Made by a program: the position numbers and the translations under genes
Source: an uncultured delta proteobacterium
GTDB taxonomy: Bacteria > Desulfobacterota > Binatia > Binatales > Binataceae
Direction of reading: 5' to 3'
Length of the DNA stretch: 64,000 bases
Assembly: GCA_963765675.1 (NCBI GenBank)
Contig: CAVXXK010000001.1
Span: 2,272,001-2,336,000, forward strand
The notes under the pieces: model-generated
Databases searched by the model: none
What the model was told of the DNA's origin: nothing
What the model saw: only the letters and a program-made list of their open reading frames with translations
Shown here: positions 30,601-40,513 of the stretch, piece after piece
Layout: each line of letters opens with the position of its first letter
How positions within the stretch are numbered: position 1 is the stretch's first letter

Positions 30601-30633
30601 AGCGCATAAGCAGGGCAGCAAGAGTCAACCACG

Positions 30634-30996
30634 ATGCAATCACAGCGGGCAGAAAAACGGGGTTTGCGCCGTCAGCGCGTGCGCCGCAAGGCGACGGGCA
30701 CCGACGCGCGGCCGCGGCTTTCGATCTACCGGTCGCTCAATCATATTTACGCGCAGGTGATTTCCGACCAGAGCGGCAACACGATCGCGGCGGCTTCGAC
30801 CCAGAGCGAGGCGGTGCGCGACGCGCTCAAGAGCAAGCGCAATCTCGCCGCCGCCAAAGCGGTCGGCAAGGCGATCGCCGAGAAATGCCAGGCTGCGGGA
30901 ATCCAGAGCGTGGTGTTCGATCGCAACGGCTTTCTCTATCATGGACGGGTAAAGGCGCTGGCCGACGCGGCGCGCGAAGCCGGATTAAAGTTCTGA
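30634..30996 (+). CDS. rplR: 50S ribosomal protein L18
   Basis: [22 protein letters not shown]. Confidence 0.98.
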   Translation: MQSQRAEKRGLRRQRVRRKATGTDARPRLSIYRSLNHIYAQVISDQSGNTIAAASTQSEAVRDALKSKRNLAAAKAVGKAIAEKCQAAGIQSVVFDRNGFLYHGRVKALADAAREAGLKF

Positions 30997-31011
30997 AAAT
31001 CGAGGCACGAA

Positions 31012-31524
31012 GTGGCGCAACGCATTGACCCGCAAGGGCTCGAAATCAAGGAAAAGGTCGTCCATATCAACCGCGTCGCGAAGGTTGTGAAGGGCGGACG
31101 CCGCTTCAGCTTCTCGGCGCTGGTGGTCGCGGGCGATCATAACGGCCTCGTCGGCTTCGGCCTTGGCAAAGCCAACGAGGTTCCCGAGGCGATTCGCAAG
31201 GGCGTCGAGCGCGCCAAGAAGAGCCTTATCCGAGTGCCGCTGCGCAACGGCACCATTCCGCACGAAGTGGTCGGTCATTTCGGCGCGGGCCGCGTCGTGC
31301 TGCGTCCGGCGGCGGAAGGAACCGGCGTTATCGCGGCGGGCGGAGTGCGCGCGGTGGTCGAGCTTTGTGGAATCCGCAATATTCTGACCAAGCGGCTGGG
31401 CTCCTCGAATCCGCACAACCTGGTCAAGGCAACCCTCGAGGCGCTGCTCGAACTTCGCAGCCCCGAAGATATTTTGAAGCTGCGCGCGCGCTCCGGAACC
31501 GGCGAACGTCCTGAGGCGGCTTGA
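31012..31524 (+). CDS. rpsE: 30S ribosomal protein S5
   Basis: [14 protein letters not shown]; GTG start. Confidence 0.98.
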   Translation: MAQRIDPQGLEIKEKVVHINRVAKVVKGGRRFSFSALVVAGDHNGLVGFGLGKANEVPEAIRKGVERAKKSLIRVPLRNGTIPHEVVGHFGAGRVVLRPAAEGTGVIAAGGVRAVVELCGIRNILTKRLGSSNPHNLVKATLEALLELRSPEDILKLRARSGTGERPEAA

Positions 31525-31559
31525 GGCGGGCGGGCAATCAGTCAGGCAGGTCGATTAAG

Positions 31560-31742
31560 ATGAGCCAGAAAGTCCGAGTCAAACTCGTGCACAGCCCGAT
31601 CGGGACCAACAAGCGCGTGCGCGCAACCGTGCGCGGCCTCGGCCTCACCAAGGTCGGCAGCGAACGCGAGCTCGAACGCACGGCGCCGGTCGAAGGGATG
31701 ATCAAGCGGCTCAAGCATCTGGTGGCCGTGATCGAGAGCTGA
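31560..31742 (+). CDS. rpmD: 50S ribosomal protein L30
   Basis: SPIG...TVRGLGL...GMI..LKHLV; start at ATG 31560. Confidence 0.93.
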   Translation: MSQKVRVKLVHSPIGTNKRVRATVRGLGLTKVGSERELERTAPVEGMIKRLKHLVAVIES

Positions 31743-31793
31743 TCTTCGGGCGACGCGCGATATCCGCATTAAGTGCAATAATCAGAGGACCCG

Positions 31794-32261
31794 ATGAATC
31801 TCAGCGATTTGAAACCTGCTCCCCGCTCGAAGCATCGCATCAAGCGGATCGGACGCGGAATCGGCTCGGGCCACGGAAAGACTTCCGGCCGCGGACACAA
31901 AGGCCTGGGCTCGCGCTCGCACGGTAATACGCCGCCGGGCTATGAAGGCGGGCAGATGCCTTTGCAGCGCCGGACGCCCAAGCAGGGGTTTCGCCGGCTG
32001 CAGAAGAACGAGACCCGGCGCGAGAAGTTCGATCTGGTCAATATCGGCAGCCTCTCTGGGTTCGCCGACGGGGAGACGATCGACGCGGCCGCGCTGGCCG
32101 CTCGCGGAATCACCCGCAAAGGACGTAAGATCAAGATTCTCGGTTCGGGTGAGTTGAAGACCAGGCTCACGGTTCGCGCCGACGCCTTCTCCGGCAGCGC
32201 GCGCGAGAAGATCGCCGCCGCCGGCGGCAGCGCGGAGCTTATCGCCCCGGCCAATGCCTGA
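31794..32261 (+). CDS. rplO: 50S ribosomal protein L15
   Basis: [25 protein letters not shown]. Confidence 0.98.
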   Translation: MNLSDLKPAPRSKHRIKRIGRGIGSGHGKTSGRGHKGLGSRSHGNTPPGYEGGQMPLQRRTPKQGFRRLQKNETRREKFDLVNIGSLSGFADGETIDAAALAARGITRKGRKIKILGSGELKTRLTVRADAFSGSAREKIAAAGGSAELIAPANA

Positions 32262-33568
32262 TGCTTGACGGGTTATCAAACGCCTCTCATATACCGGAGC
32301 TGCGCCGCCGGCTGCTGTTTACCGCCATGATGCTGGCGGTATTCCGGCTTGGCGTGGCGGTGCCGACGCCGGGAATCGACGGGCAGGCGCTCGCGTCGTT
32401 CTTCGACGCGGCGTCGGGCACGATGTTCGGCTGGGTGAACCTGTTCTCGGGCGGCGCGCTCGAACAATTCTCGGTCTTCGCGCTCGGGATCATGCCGTAC
32501 ATCACGGTGGCGATCATCATCGATCTGCTCAAGGTCGCATCGCCCTATATCGACGAGCTCTACAAGGAAGGCGAGGCCGGCCGCCGCAAGATAACGCAGT
32601 ACACGCGTTACGCGACGGTGGGCCTTTCGATCCTGCAGGGCACGATGATCGCGATCGGACTCGAGAAGATCCAGGCTCCCGGCGGCGGCTCGGTTGTGTA
32701 TTCGCCGGGGCCGGCGTTTATCACGATGACCGTGATCACGGTCACGGCCGGCGCGATGTTCGTCATGTGGCTCGGCGAGCAGATCACTGAGCGCGGAATC
32801 GGCAACGGCATTTCGCTGGTGATCATGGCGGGTATCGTCGCGCGGCTGCCGAGCGCACTTGGCGCCACGACCCAGTACGTGCGATCGGGCGAAATGAGCG
32901 TCTTCGCACTGACCTTCATTCTGCTGTTAGCGGTTGGCGTCACCGCGCTGATCGTCTATCTCGAAACGGCGCAGCGGCGTATCCCGATCCAATACGCGCG
33001 CCGCGTGGTCGGACGGCGCGTATACGGCGGGCAGGCGTCGCATCTGCCGCTCAAGATCAACACCTCGGGAGTTATTCCGCCGATCTTCGCTTCGTCGATC
33101 CTGGTCTTTCCGGCGACGGTCGCGCAGTTTTTGCCTCAGCTCAAGGATTACTCGGCCTTCCTGATGCCGGGCGGGTTCACCTATGATCTGATCTACGTCA
33201 TCCTGATCGTCTTCTTCTGTTATTTTTACACGGCGGTCACGTTCAACCCGGTTGACGTGGCCGACAACCTGAAAAAATACGGCGGCTTTATTCCCGGTAT
33301 CAGGCCGGGCCGCTACACGGCGGAATATATCGATCGCGTGCTGTCGCGAATCACGCTGGGTGGCGCGATCTACGTCAGCGCAGTATGCGTTCTGCCGACG
33401 ATTCTGATCGCGCGCTTCAACGTGCCGTTCTACTTCGGCGGCACCGCACTCCTGATCGTGGTCGGCGTCGCGCTCGACACGATCGCCCAGATCGAAACCC
33501 ATCTGCTCACGCGCAACTACGAAGGGTTCATGCGTCGCGGGCGGGTGAAATCGCGCAAAGGTGCGTAG
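32261..33568 (+). CDS. secY: Preprotein translocase subunit SecY
   Basis: SVFALGIMPYI, GIGNGIS, IPGIRPG. Confidence 0.99.
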   Translation: MLDGLSNASHIPELRRRLLFTAMMLAVFRLGVAVPTPGIDGQALASFFDAASGTMFGWVNLFSGGALEQFSVFALGIMPYITVAIIIDLLKVASPYIDELYKEGEAGRRKITQYTRYATVGLSILQGTMIAIGLEKIQAPGGGSVVYSPGPAFITMTVITVTAGAMFVMWLGEQITERGIGNGISLVIMAGIVARLPSALGATTQYVRSGEMSVFALTFILLLAVGVTALIVYLETAQRRIPIQYARRVVGRRVYGGQASHLPLKINTSGVIPPIFASSILVFPATVAQFLPQLKDYSAFLMPGGFTYDLIYVILIVFFCYFYTAVTFNPVDVADNLKKYGGFIPGIRPGRYTAEYIDRVLSRITLGGAIYVSAVCVLPTILIARFNVPFYFGGTALLIVVGVALDTIAQIETHLLTRNYEGFMRRGRVKSRKGA

Positions 33569-33571
33569 ACT

Positions 33572-34288
33572 GTGCGATTGGTACTCTTGGGCCCGCCCGG
33601 GGCGGGCAAGGGCACGCAGGCGCGGATGCTTCGGGAGCTGGCGGGGATTCCGCAAATCTCCAGCGGCGATCTGCTGCGTGCCGCGGTTCACGAGAAGACT
33701 CCGTTCGGCGTCGAAGCAGCCAGCTACATGGACCGTGGAGAACTGGTCCCGGATGATCTGGTGTTGAACCTCATTGACAGCCGGCTCGGCGCCGACGATG
33801 CGAAACACGGCTTTATCCTTGATGGCTTTCCGCGCTCGGTCGCGCAGGCCGAGGCGTTGCGTGCGATGCTGCTGAAGCGGCGCGGCAAGTCGCTCGATAA
33901 AGTAATCGCGCTCGGCGTTCCCGACGAGGAGATCGTCCGGCGCATTTCGGGGCGGCGCACCTGCACCAAATGCGGAGCGATGTATCATCTGATTTTCGAG
34001 CCGCCCAAAAAACCCGGCGTATGCGACAAGTGCGGCGGCGAGCTCTATCTGCGTGAGGATGATTCCGAACCCACGGTTCGCAAGCGCTTGAGCGTCTACA
34101 ATGCCACCACGCGGCCGCTGCTCGATTTCTACGGCAGCCTGGGAGTGCTGGCGCAGATCGACGGAATGGGTAAGCCCGAAGAAGTTGACGAGCGAATTAT
34201 TGCTACGCTCGATGGACTGCTGCCCAAGAACGGATCGAACAAGGCCGCGCGCGCCAAGGCGACCCGGCCGAAGCCGGCACTACGATGA
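33572..34288 (+). CDS. adk: Adenylate kinase (zinc LID)
   Basis: GPPGAGKGTQ, LDGFPR, CTKC...CDKC. Confidence 0.98.
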   Translation: MRLVLLGPPGAGKGTQARMLRELAGIPQISSGDLLRAAVHEKTPFGVEAASYMDRGELVPDDLVLNLIDSRLGADDAKHGFILDGFPRSVAQAEALRAMLLKRRGKSLDKVIALGVPDEEIVRRISGRRTCTKCGAMYHLIFEPPKKPGVCDKCGGELYLREDDSEPTVRKRLSVYNATTRPLLDFYGSLGVLAQIDGMGKPEEVDERIIATLDGLLPKNGSNKAARAKATRPKPALR

Positions 34289-35055
34289 TCACGATCAAGA
34301 CTACCGAGGAAATCGCGATCATGCGCCGCGCGAGCCAGATCGTGGCCGAGGTGCTCGACGCGTTGGTCGGTGCGGTGCGCCCCGGCGTTGCGACCCAGGA
34401 GCTCGACGCGCTGGCCGAGCGGCTCACGCTCGAAAAAGGCGCGCGCCCTGCCTTCAAGGGCTACAAGCCGGGCGATGTGGTTTATCCGAAGTCGCTGTGC
34501 GTGTCGATCAACGAAGAGATAGTCCACGGCATCCCGTCGGGCCGAAAGCTCAAGGCGGGCGATATCGTCGGACTCGACTACGGCGTCGTGTACGAGGGCT
34601 TCTTCGGAGATTCCGCACGCACCGTTCCCGTCGGCCAGGTGCCGGAGAGCACTCAGCGTCTGCTGCGCGTCACGCGCGAGGCGCTGTACGCGGGAATCGC
34701 GCAGGCGCACGCGGGCAACAGGATTTCGGATATCGGGCGCGCGGTGCAGGCGGTGGCTGAAAACGCGGGATATTCAGTGGTGACGGATTTCGCCGGACAC
34801 GGAATCGGCCGGCGGCTCCACGAAGATCCGCAGGTACCCAATTATTTCCGGCGCGGGATGCCGAATCCCCGCCTGCAGGAGGGGATGGCACTGGCGATCG
34901 AGCCGATGGTTAACGAGGGAACGGCCGAATTGGAGATACTCGCCGACGGGTGGACTGCGGTAACCGCAGACGGTAAACTATCGGCCCACTTCGAGCATTC
35001 CATCGCGATCACCTCAAACGGGCCGATTATCCTGAGCGAGCTGGACAATGTCTAA
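34285..35055 (+). CDS. map: Methionine aminopeptidase type I
   Basis: [30 protein letters not shown]. Confidence 0.98.
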   Translation: MITIKTTEEIAIMRRASQIVAEVLDALVGAVRPGVATQELDALAERLTLEKGARPAFKGYKPGDVVYPKSLCVSINEEIVHGIPSGRKLKAGDIVGLDYGVVYEGFFGDSARTVPVGQVPESTQRLLRVTREALYAGIAQAHAGNRISDIGRAVQAVAENAGYSVVTDFAGHGIGRRLHEDPQVPNYFRRGMPNPRLQEGMALAIEPMVNEGTAELEILADGWTAVTADGKLSAHFEHSIAITSNGPIILSELDNV

Positions 35056-35266
35056 GGGCGACTCTATCGAAGTTCAGGGAACGGTCAATGAGGCGCTGCC
35101 GAACGCGGTGTTTCGGGTGACGCTCGACAACGGGCACAAGGTGTTGGCGCATATTTCAGGCAAGATGCGGATGCATTACATCAAGATTCTTCCCGGCGAC
35201 AAGGTCACGGTGGAACTGTCCCCGTATGATCTGACCCGCGGCCGGATTACTTACCGGCAGCGTTAA
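35048..35266 (+). CDS. infA: Translation initiation factor IF-1
   Basis: [21 protein letters not shown]. Confidence 0.99.
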   Translation: MSKGDSIEVQGTVNEALPNAVFRVTLDNGHKVLAHISGKMRMHYIKILPGDKVTVELSPYDLTRGRITYRQR

Positions 35267-35290
35267 GCGCCGGCTAAACGGTACGAAACG

Positions 35291-35404
35291 ATGAAGGTTC
35301 GAGCTTCGGTAAAAAAGATTTGCAAGAACTGCAAGGTGGTGCGCCGGCAAGGCGTCGTGCGCATCCTGTGCTCCAACCCGCGCCATAAGCAGCGCCAGGG
35401 CTAG
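35291..35404 (+). CDS. rpmJ: 50S ribosomal protein L36 (zinc-binding form)
   Basis: Not in ORF track; manual translation [37 protein letters not shown]. Confidence 0.97.
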   Translation: MKVRASVKKICKNCKVVRRQGVVRILCSNPRHKQRQG

Positions 35405-35443
35405 AGCCGCGGTCAGGGCCGGAAGGCTCAGAAGGAATTTGCG

Positions 35444-35825
35444 ATGGCACGTGTAGCGGGAGTTGAACTGCCGAAGAACAAGCGGATGGAAATCGCGCTC
35501 ACCTATATCTATGGGATCGGGCGCTCTGCCGCGGTCAAGATTCTCGACAAGGCGGGCGTCGACCGGGCGCGCAAGAGCGACGATCTTAGCGCCGAAGAGC
35601 AGAGCCGCATCCGCCAGGTGATCGATACCGACTTCGAGGTCGAAGGCGATCTGCGGCGCGAGATGCAGCAGAATATCAAGCGTCTGATGGACCTCGGATG
35701 CTACCGCGGCATCCGTCATCGCCGCTCGCTTGCCGGTGCGCGGCCAGCGTACTCACACTAACGCGCGCACCCGCAAAGGTCCGCGCAAAGTCGTCGCGGG
35801 CAAGAAGCAAGCGCCGACCAAGTAA
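35444..35825 (+). CDS. rpsM: 30S ribosomal protein S13, with an apparent 1-bp insertion near 35730
   Basis: N-part ALTYIYGIG...[11 protein letters not shown]; the +1 frame continues [30 protein letters not shown] to TAA at 35823-35825. Confidence 0.93.
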
Positions 35826-35887
35826 AACGGCCGCCGCGTGTAATGGCGCCAGGAAGTTTTGACCGGGAGCTTTAGACGAGAGACCAG

Positions 35888-36361
35888 ATGGCAGACGAAA
35901 TCAAAGAGACCAAAGACGCACCCGCGCCCGCGGCTGGCGCGGAAAAGGGCGCGGCTACCGCTGCCGGCGCCGCCGCCGCGGCTCCCGCACCGCGGCGCAA
36001 GCGCACCAAGCGCTCGGTGCCCGAGGGCGTCGCGCATATCCATGCGACCTTCAACAACACGATCGTCACGATCACCGATCAGGGCGGCCTCGTGATCGCG
36101 TGGGCCAGCGCCGGATCGGTCGGCTTCAAAGGCTCGCGCAAGGGAACTCCTTACGCAGCGCAGATGGCGGCAGAGGCGTGCGCGCGCAAATGCTCGGAAG
36201 TCGGGATGCGCGCGGTGGTCGCCTACGTGAAGGGACCCGGCGGCGGCCGCGAATCGGCGGTGCGCGCGCTGCAGGCGGCCGGCTTGGGCGTAATTTCAAT
36301 CAAAGACGTGACCCCGATACCGCACAACGGATGCCGTCCGCCGAAGCGGCGCAGGGTCTGA
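35888..36361 (+). CDS. rpsK: 30S ribosomal protein S11 (Ala-rich N-terminal extension)
   Basis: [32 protein letters not shown]. Confidence 0.98.
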   Translation: MADEIKETKDAPAPAAGAEKGAATAAGAAAAAPAPRRKRTKRSVPEGVAHIHATFNNTIVTITDQGGLVIAWASAGSVGFKGSRKGTPYAAQMAAEACARKCSEVGMRAVVAYVKGPGGGRESAVRALQAAGLGVISIKDVTPIPHNGCRPPKRRRV

Positions 36362-36387
36362 TCACCTTTTAGGAAGGACGAAGGCAC

Positions 36388-37014
36388 GTGGCGAGAAATC
36401 TTGGTCCTGTATGCCGGCTATGCCGGCGCGAAGGCTTGAAGCTCTTCCTCAAGGGAGAGCGATGCTTCAGCGACAAGTGTGCGATCGAGCGGCGCAATTA
36501 TCCGCCCGGTGCGCACGGACAATCGCGCACCCGGTTCTCCGAGTTCGCCATCCGTCTGCGTGAAAAGCAGAAGGTGAAGCGGATCTACGGGATGCTCGAG
36601 AAGCAGTTCTCGCATTACTTCGAGGAAGCCGAGCGCCTGCCCGGAATCACCGGCGAGAATCTGCTGGTGCTGCTCGAGCGGCGGCTCGACAACGCGGTGT
36701 ACAAGCTCGGTTTCGCGAGCTCGCTGGCGCAGTCGCGCCAGCTCGTGCGCCACGGTCATTACCAGGTTAACGGCAGGACCGTTACGATTCCGTCGTATCA
36801 GCTCGAAGTCGGCGACGTGGTGAGTATCACCGAGAAGAGCAGGACCAAGAAGGTGATCGTCGAGGCGATTGAGATGGCGCAGCGGCGCGGCACGCCGCCG
36901 TGGATGGCGCTCGAGCGCGAGCAGTTCCGCGGCACCTTCAAGGCGTTGCCCGCGCGTGGCGATTTGACCATGCCGATCAGCGAAAAGCTGATCGTGGAAC
37001 ATTATTCGAGATAA
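36388..37014 (+). CDS. rpsD: 30S ribosomal protein S4
   Basis: CRLCRREG...C...C, LERRLDN, IVEHYSR; GTG start. Confidence 0.98.
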   Translation: MARNLGPVCRLCRREGLKLFLKGERCFSDKCAIERRNYPPGAHGQSRTRFSEFAIRLREKQKVKRIYGMLEKQFSHYFEEAERLPGITGENLLVLLERRLDNAVYKLGFASSLAQSRQLVRHGHYQVNGRTVTIPSYQLEVGDVVSITEKSRTKKVIVEAIEMAQRRGTPPWMALEREQFRGTFKALPARGDLTMPISEKLIVEHYSR

Positions 37015-37100
37015 CCCCTAACGGAGGCGGAGCTGCCTGCGGGGTCCGTGGCGGACCCGACTGCGGCAAAAGTCCCAACAGCTCTTGAAGCGGCGAAATT

Positions 37101-38135
37101 ATGCAGAACGATTGGCGAGATCTGACCAAACCCAAGTCGGTTGAATTCGAAGAAAAAGAACTAACGTCCAGCTACGGGCGTTTCTTCGCCGAACCGCTGG
37201 AACGCGGCTACGGAATCACGATCGGCAACGCGCTCCGGCGCGTGCTGCTGTCGTCGCTTCCGGGCTTTGCGATTTGCGCGGTCCGGATCAAGGGCGTGCT
37301 CCACGAATTCTCGACCCTGCCCGGCGTCAAAGAGGACGTGACCGATATCGTCCTCAACCTGAAGGAAGTCCGCGTGCGCCTGCACGAGGGCGACCAGATA
37401 ACCGCGACGCTCAAGGTCAAGGGAGAAGCGGTAGTGACCGCGCGCGATATCACCGGCGGCGCGAGCCTCGAGATTCTCACGCCCGATCAGCATATCGCCT
37501 CGCTCGACAAGGGCGCCGACCTCGATATGGAACTCGTGATCAAGCGCGGGCGCGGTTACGTGCCGGCCGAGCGCGGCGAAGAAGACGAGCCGATCGGAAC
37601 CGTGCGCCTGGACGCGATCTATTCGCCGATCAAGAAAGTCAACTTCACCGTCACCAACGCTCGCGTCGGACAGCGCACCGACTACGATCGGCTTGCGCTC
37701 GAGCTCTGGACCGACGGCTCGATCGGCCCGCGCGAGGCGCTGACCTACGCGGCCCGCGTGATGCGCGATCAGATGTCGATCTTCGCCGGCGTCGAGGAAG
37801 AAGCCGAAACCGGGGCGGTCGCTCCCGGCGTCGAAGGCTCGCAGGAGCGTCCCACGCTCAACGAGCTGCTCTACCGCCCGGTCGAGGGGCTGCCAATTTC
37901 GGTCCGGGCCTTCAACGGCCTCCAGAACGCCGACATCAAGTATATCGGCGAGTTGGTGCAGCGCACCGAGCAGGACATGCTCAAGATCAAGAACTTCGGC
38001 CGCAAGTCATTGAACGAGATCAAGGAAGTGCTCACCGACATGAGCCTTTCGCTCGGGATGCGGTTGGAAAATCTGCCGCCCCGCAGCGAACTCGATCGCA
38101 TGTGGGAAGAGCAGGAGCGGCGCGAATCCGCGTAA
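37101..38135 (+). CDS. rpoA: RNA polymerase subunit alpha
   Basis: EPLERGYG.TIGNALRR, NFGRKSLNEI. Confidence 0.99.
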   Translation: MQNDWRDLTKPKSVEFEEKELTSSYGRFFAEPLERGYGITIGNALRRVLLSSLPGFAICAVRIKGVLHEFSTLPGVKEDVTDIVLNLKEVRVRLHEGDQITATLKVKGEAVVTARDITGGASLEILTPDQHIASLDKGADLDMELVIKRGRGYVPAERGEEDEPIGTVRLDAIYSPIKKVNFTVTNARVGQRTDYDRLALELWTDGSIGPREALTYAARVMRDQMSIFAGVEEEAETGAVAPGVEGSQERPTLNELLYRPVEGLPISVRAFNGLQNADIKYIGELVQRTEQDMLKIKNFGRKSLNEIKEVLTDMSLSLGMRLENLPPRSELDRMWEEQERRESA

Positions 38136-38177
38136 GCGCGGCTCGTGCACGCGACCTCAAGTTTGTTGGAGTAGGCG

Positions 38178-38621
38178 ATGCGTCATCTCAACCAGGGCCG
38201 TAAGCTAAATCGCACTTCCGCGCATCGCAAGGCGCTGTTCAAGAACCTTGTGCTCGCGCTGATTCATCATGAGCGGATTCAAACCACGGACGCCAAGGCC
38301 AAAGAAATGCGGCGTTTTGCCGATCGGATGGTGACGCTGGGCAAGCAGGGCGATTTGCCGGCGCATCGCCGCGCATTCGCGTTCCTGCAGTCGCATGAGG
38401 CGGTCAAGAAACTGTTCGACGAGATCGCGCCGCGCTTCAAAGATCGCAATGGCGGCTACACACGCGTGATCAAGTTTGGCGTGCGCCGTGGCGACGCCGC
38501 GCCGATCTCGGTCATCGAATTCACCGGCAACGAAGAACGATCCGCCGCCAAGAAGCCGCGCAAGAAATCGGCCAAGAAGACCGAAGAACAAAGCGCCCGG
38601 CGCGCCGCCGCCGCAGGCTGA
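38178..38621 (+). CDS. rplQ: 50S ribosomal protein L17
   Basis: MRH...[18 protein letters not shown]. Confidence 0.98.
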   Translation: MRHLNQGRKLNRTSAHRKALFKNLVLALIHHERIQTTDAKAKEMRRFADRMVTLGKQGDLPAHRRAFAFLQSHEAVKKLFDEIAPRFKDRNGGYTRVIKFGVRRGDAAPISVIEFTGNEERSAAKKPRKKSAKKTEEQSARRAAAAG

Positions 38622-38635
38622 ACCGAACGTTATCG

Positions 38636-39532
38636 CTACGATTTCTTCGCAGGGGCGGCCATCTGGCCGCCCTTGTTCTTTTGCGCTCGTCCGCCGCTGT
38701 CAGTTGATTGTGGCCGCAGCTCTCCGAGGAGATGCTCCGGGCGCGTGACGATCGCGGCTTCCATCGGTCCTTCGACGCCGCCGAGGGTTCCCCAAACCTT
38801 GTAACCCAGCCGCGATTTCAGTTGATCGGAAAGCGCGCGCTCGACTTCCACATCGAGCGACAGAAACGGATTCTCCTGCGCGCGCATGAACGGCCGCGCA
38901 AAGTAACTCAGCAGCACGTGGCGCCGGCTCTCGGTCGAATTCGGTCCCGTGCCATGAAAGATGCGTCCGTCGAAGACCAGTGCCGAGCCTGCCGGTCCTT
39001 GCGCCGCGACAGTCTGCGAAGTGTCGGCGGGGTTGGCCAGCGGCGCGGCGCTCAGATGGCTTCGTGGCACCAGCCGCGTTCCGCCGTTGGCGCTCGTGAC
39101 GTCATCGAGCATCCACGCAATATTCGCGACCACCGGAATCGGTGTGTGGAATGGCAAGTAGCCTTGATCGCGATGCAGATACATCGGGGCGCCGCCGGGT
39201 CCCGCGATATTTGCGGTCAGGCTCGACAGGATGAATCCGGTGCCGAGCAGATGCGGCATAATCGCGTCTACCAGCAGATGCAGGATCAAATCGCGAAACT
39301 CACGGCCCTTGTTGATGAGGTTCCAGACCCGCTGATTGGGGAGGCTCGGGCCGCCGTCGCGGGTGGCGCGGCCGATTTCCGCTTCGGCGGCTGCCTGCTC
39401 GACCAGCCGTTCGCGAAGTGCGCGCAAGTCGCTCGCGTCGAGAGCCTCGGCGATCAGGCAATAGCCGAACGAATCCAAATCACGCTTCGCCTGCACGAGG
39501 TCGCGCGTCAGCCGCGGGAGAGCGTCGGTCAT
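38636..39532 (-). CDS. Phytanoyl-CoA dioxygenase (PhyH) family Fe(II)/2-oxoglutarate dioxygenase
   Basis: HRD...H facial triad (LHRDQ, IFHGTG), NGGTRLVPRSH; own ATG at 39532 with GAGG RBS. Confidence 0.85.
   Translation of the reverse strand: MTDALPRLTRDLVQAKRDLDSFGYCLIAEALDASDLRALRERLVEQAAAEAEIGRATRDGGPSLPNQRVWNLINKGREFRDLILHLLVDAIMPHLLGTGFILSSLTANIAGPGGAPMYLHRDQGYLPFHTPIPVVANIAWMLDDVTSANGGTRLVPRSHLSAAPLANPADTSQTVAAQGPAGSALVFDGRIFHGTGPNSTESRRHVLLSYFARPFMRAQENPFLSLDVEVERALSDQLKSRLGYKVWGTLGGVEGPMEAAIVTRPEHLLGELRPQSTDSGGRAQKNKGGQMAAPAKKS
38650..38682 (+). terminator. Intrinsic terminator of the alpha operon
   Basis: CAGGGGCGGCC-ATCT-GGCCGCCCTTG followed by TTCTTTT; lies inside the 3' end of the convergent phyH gene. 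Confidence 0.7.
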
Positions 39533-39549
39533 CGCAAATGCCTCGGTTT

Positions 39550-40399
39550 TCAAATCGAGCGCGCCGCGCGATCCAGCGCGCGGTAATCCGTGTCGTCGAG
39601 CTTGACGGCGCGCGCCTGCGTGTTTTCCTCCAGATGCGCGACGCTCGAGGTGCCGGGAATCGGCAGCATCGCGCGCGAGCGCCTGAGCAGCCACGCAAGC
39701 GCGATCTGGCCGGGCGTGGCATCGACGCGCGACGCGATCTCCTTCAGGCGCTTGTTTCATGAGCAGGTTGCTGGCGCCAAGTGGAAAATATGGGATAAAG
39801 CCAAGGCCCTCGGCTTCGCAATAGTCGAGCACCGGCTCCGATTCGCGATACGCCAGATTGTAATTATTCTGAACCGAGACGATCGGGACGATCTTGCGCG
39901 CGGCCTTGACCTGCTCGGCGCTGAAATTCGAGACCCCGACATGCCGGATCTTTCCTTCCGCGCGCAATTCGGCGAGCGCCGTGATCGACTCTTCGAGCGG
40001 CACTTTCGGATCGGGAGTGTGAAGCTGGTAGAGGTCAATTCGGTCGAGTTTCAGCCGCCTGAGACTGCCTTCGCACGCCTGTTTCAGATGCTGCGGGCGC
40101 CCGTTCGGCACCCACGAATTGGGGCCTGGCCGCGTGTAGCCGCCCTTGGTCGCGATTACCAGGTTGGCGGGATAGGGATGGATAGCTTCGGCGATAAGAT
40201 TCTCGGAGACTTCGGGGCCGTAGGCGTCGGCGGTGTCAATCAGGTTAACGCCCAATTCAACCGCGCGCTTGATTACCCGGATTGCTTCGCCGCGGTCCGG
40301 CGGGTTGCCCCAAACACCGTTGCCGGTGACTCGCATCGCTCCGAAACCGAGCCGGCCGACGCGTAGGTCGCCGCCAATCATGAAATCGTCTGTAGCCAT
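39550..40399 (-). CDS. Aldo/keto reductase, with an apparent 1-bp insertion near 39756
   Basis: LGFGAM, IDTADAYG, IATKGG, IDLYQLH, GVSN; C-terminus (TPGQIALAWLL...PIPGTSSVAHLEEN) is in another frame ending at TGA 39552-39550. Confidence 0.85.
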
Positions 40400-40480
40400 A
40401 GCAAAATCCTAGCGAATTCGCGCGTTTTTACGAAATACCCACGCCGCTGACCACTCCAACTTCTTGAGTGTGAAGCGGTC

Positions 40481-40489
40481 TGATAGGCT
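40481..40489 (+). promoter_or_regulatory. Candidate extended -10 promoter for tldD
   Basis: TGnTAGGCT about 25 bp upstream of the ATG. Confidence 0.35.
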
Positions 40490-40513
40490 TGATTGTGAAG
40501 GTGACAAACCCCG

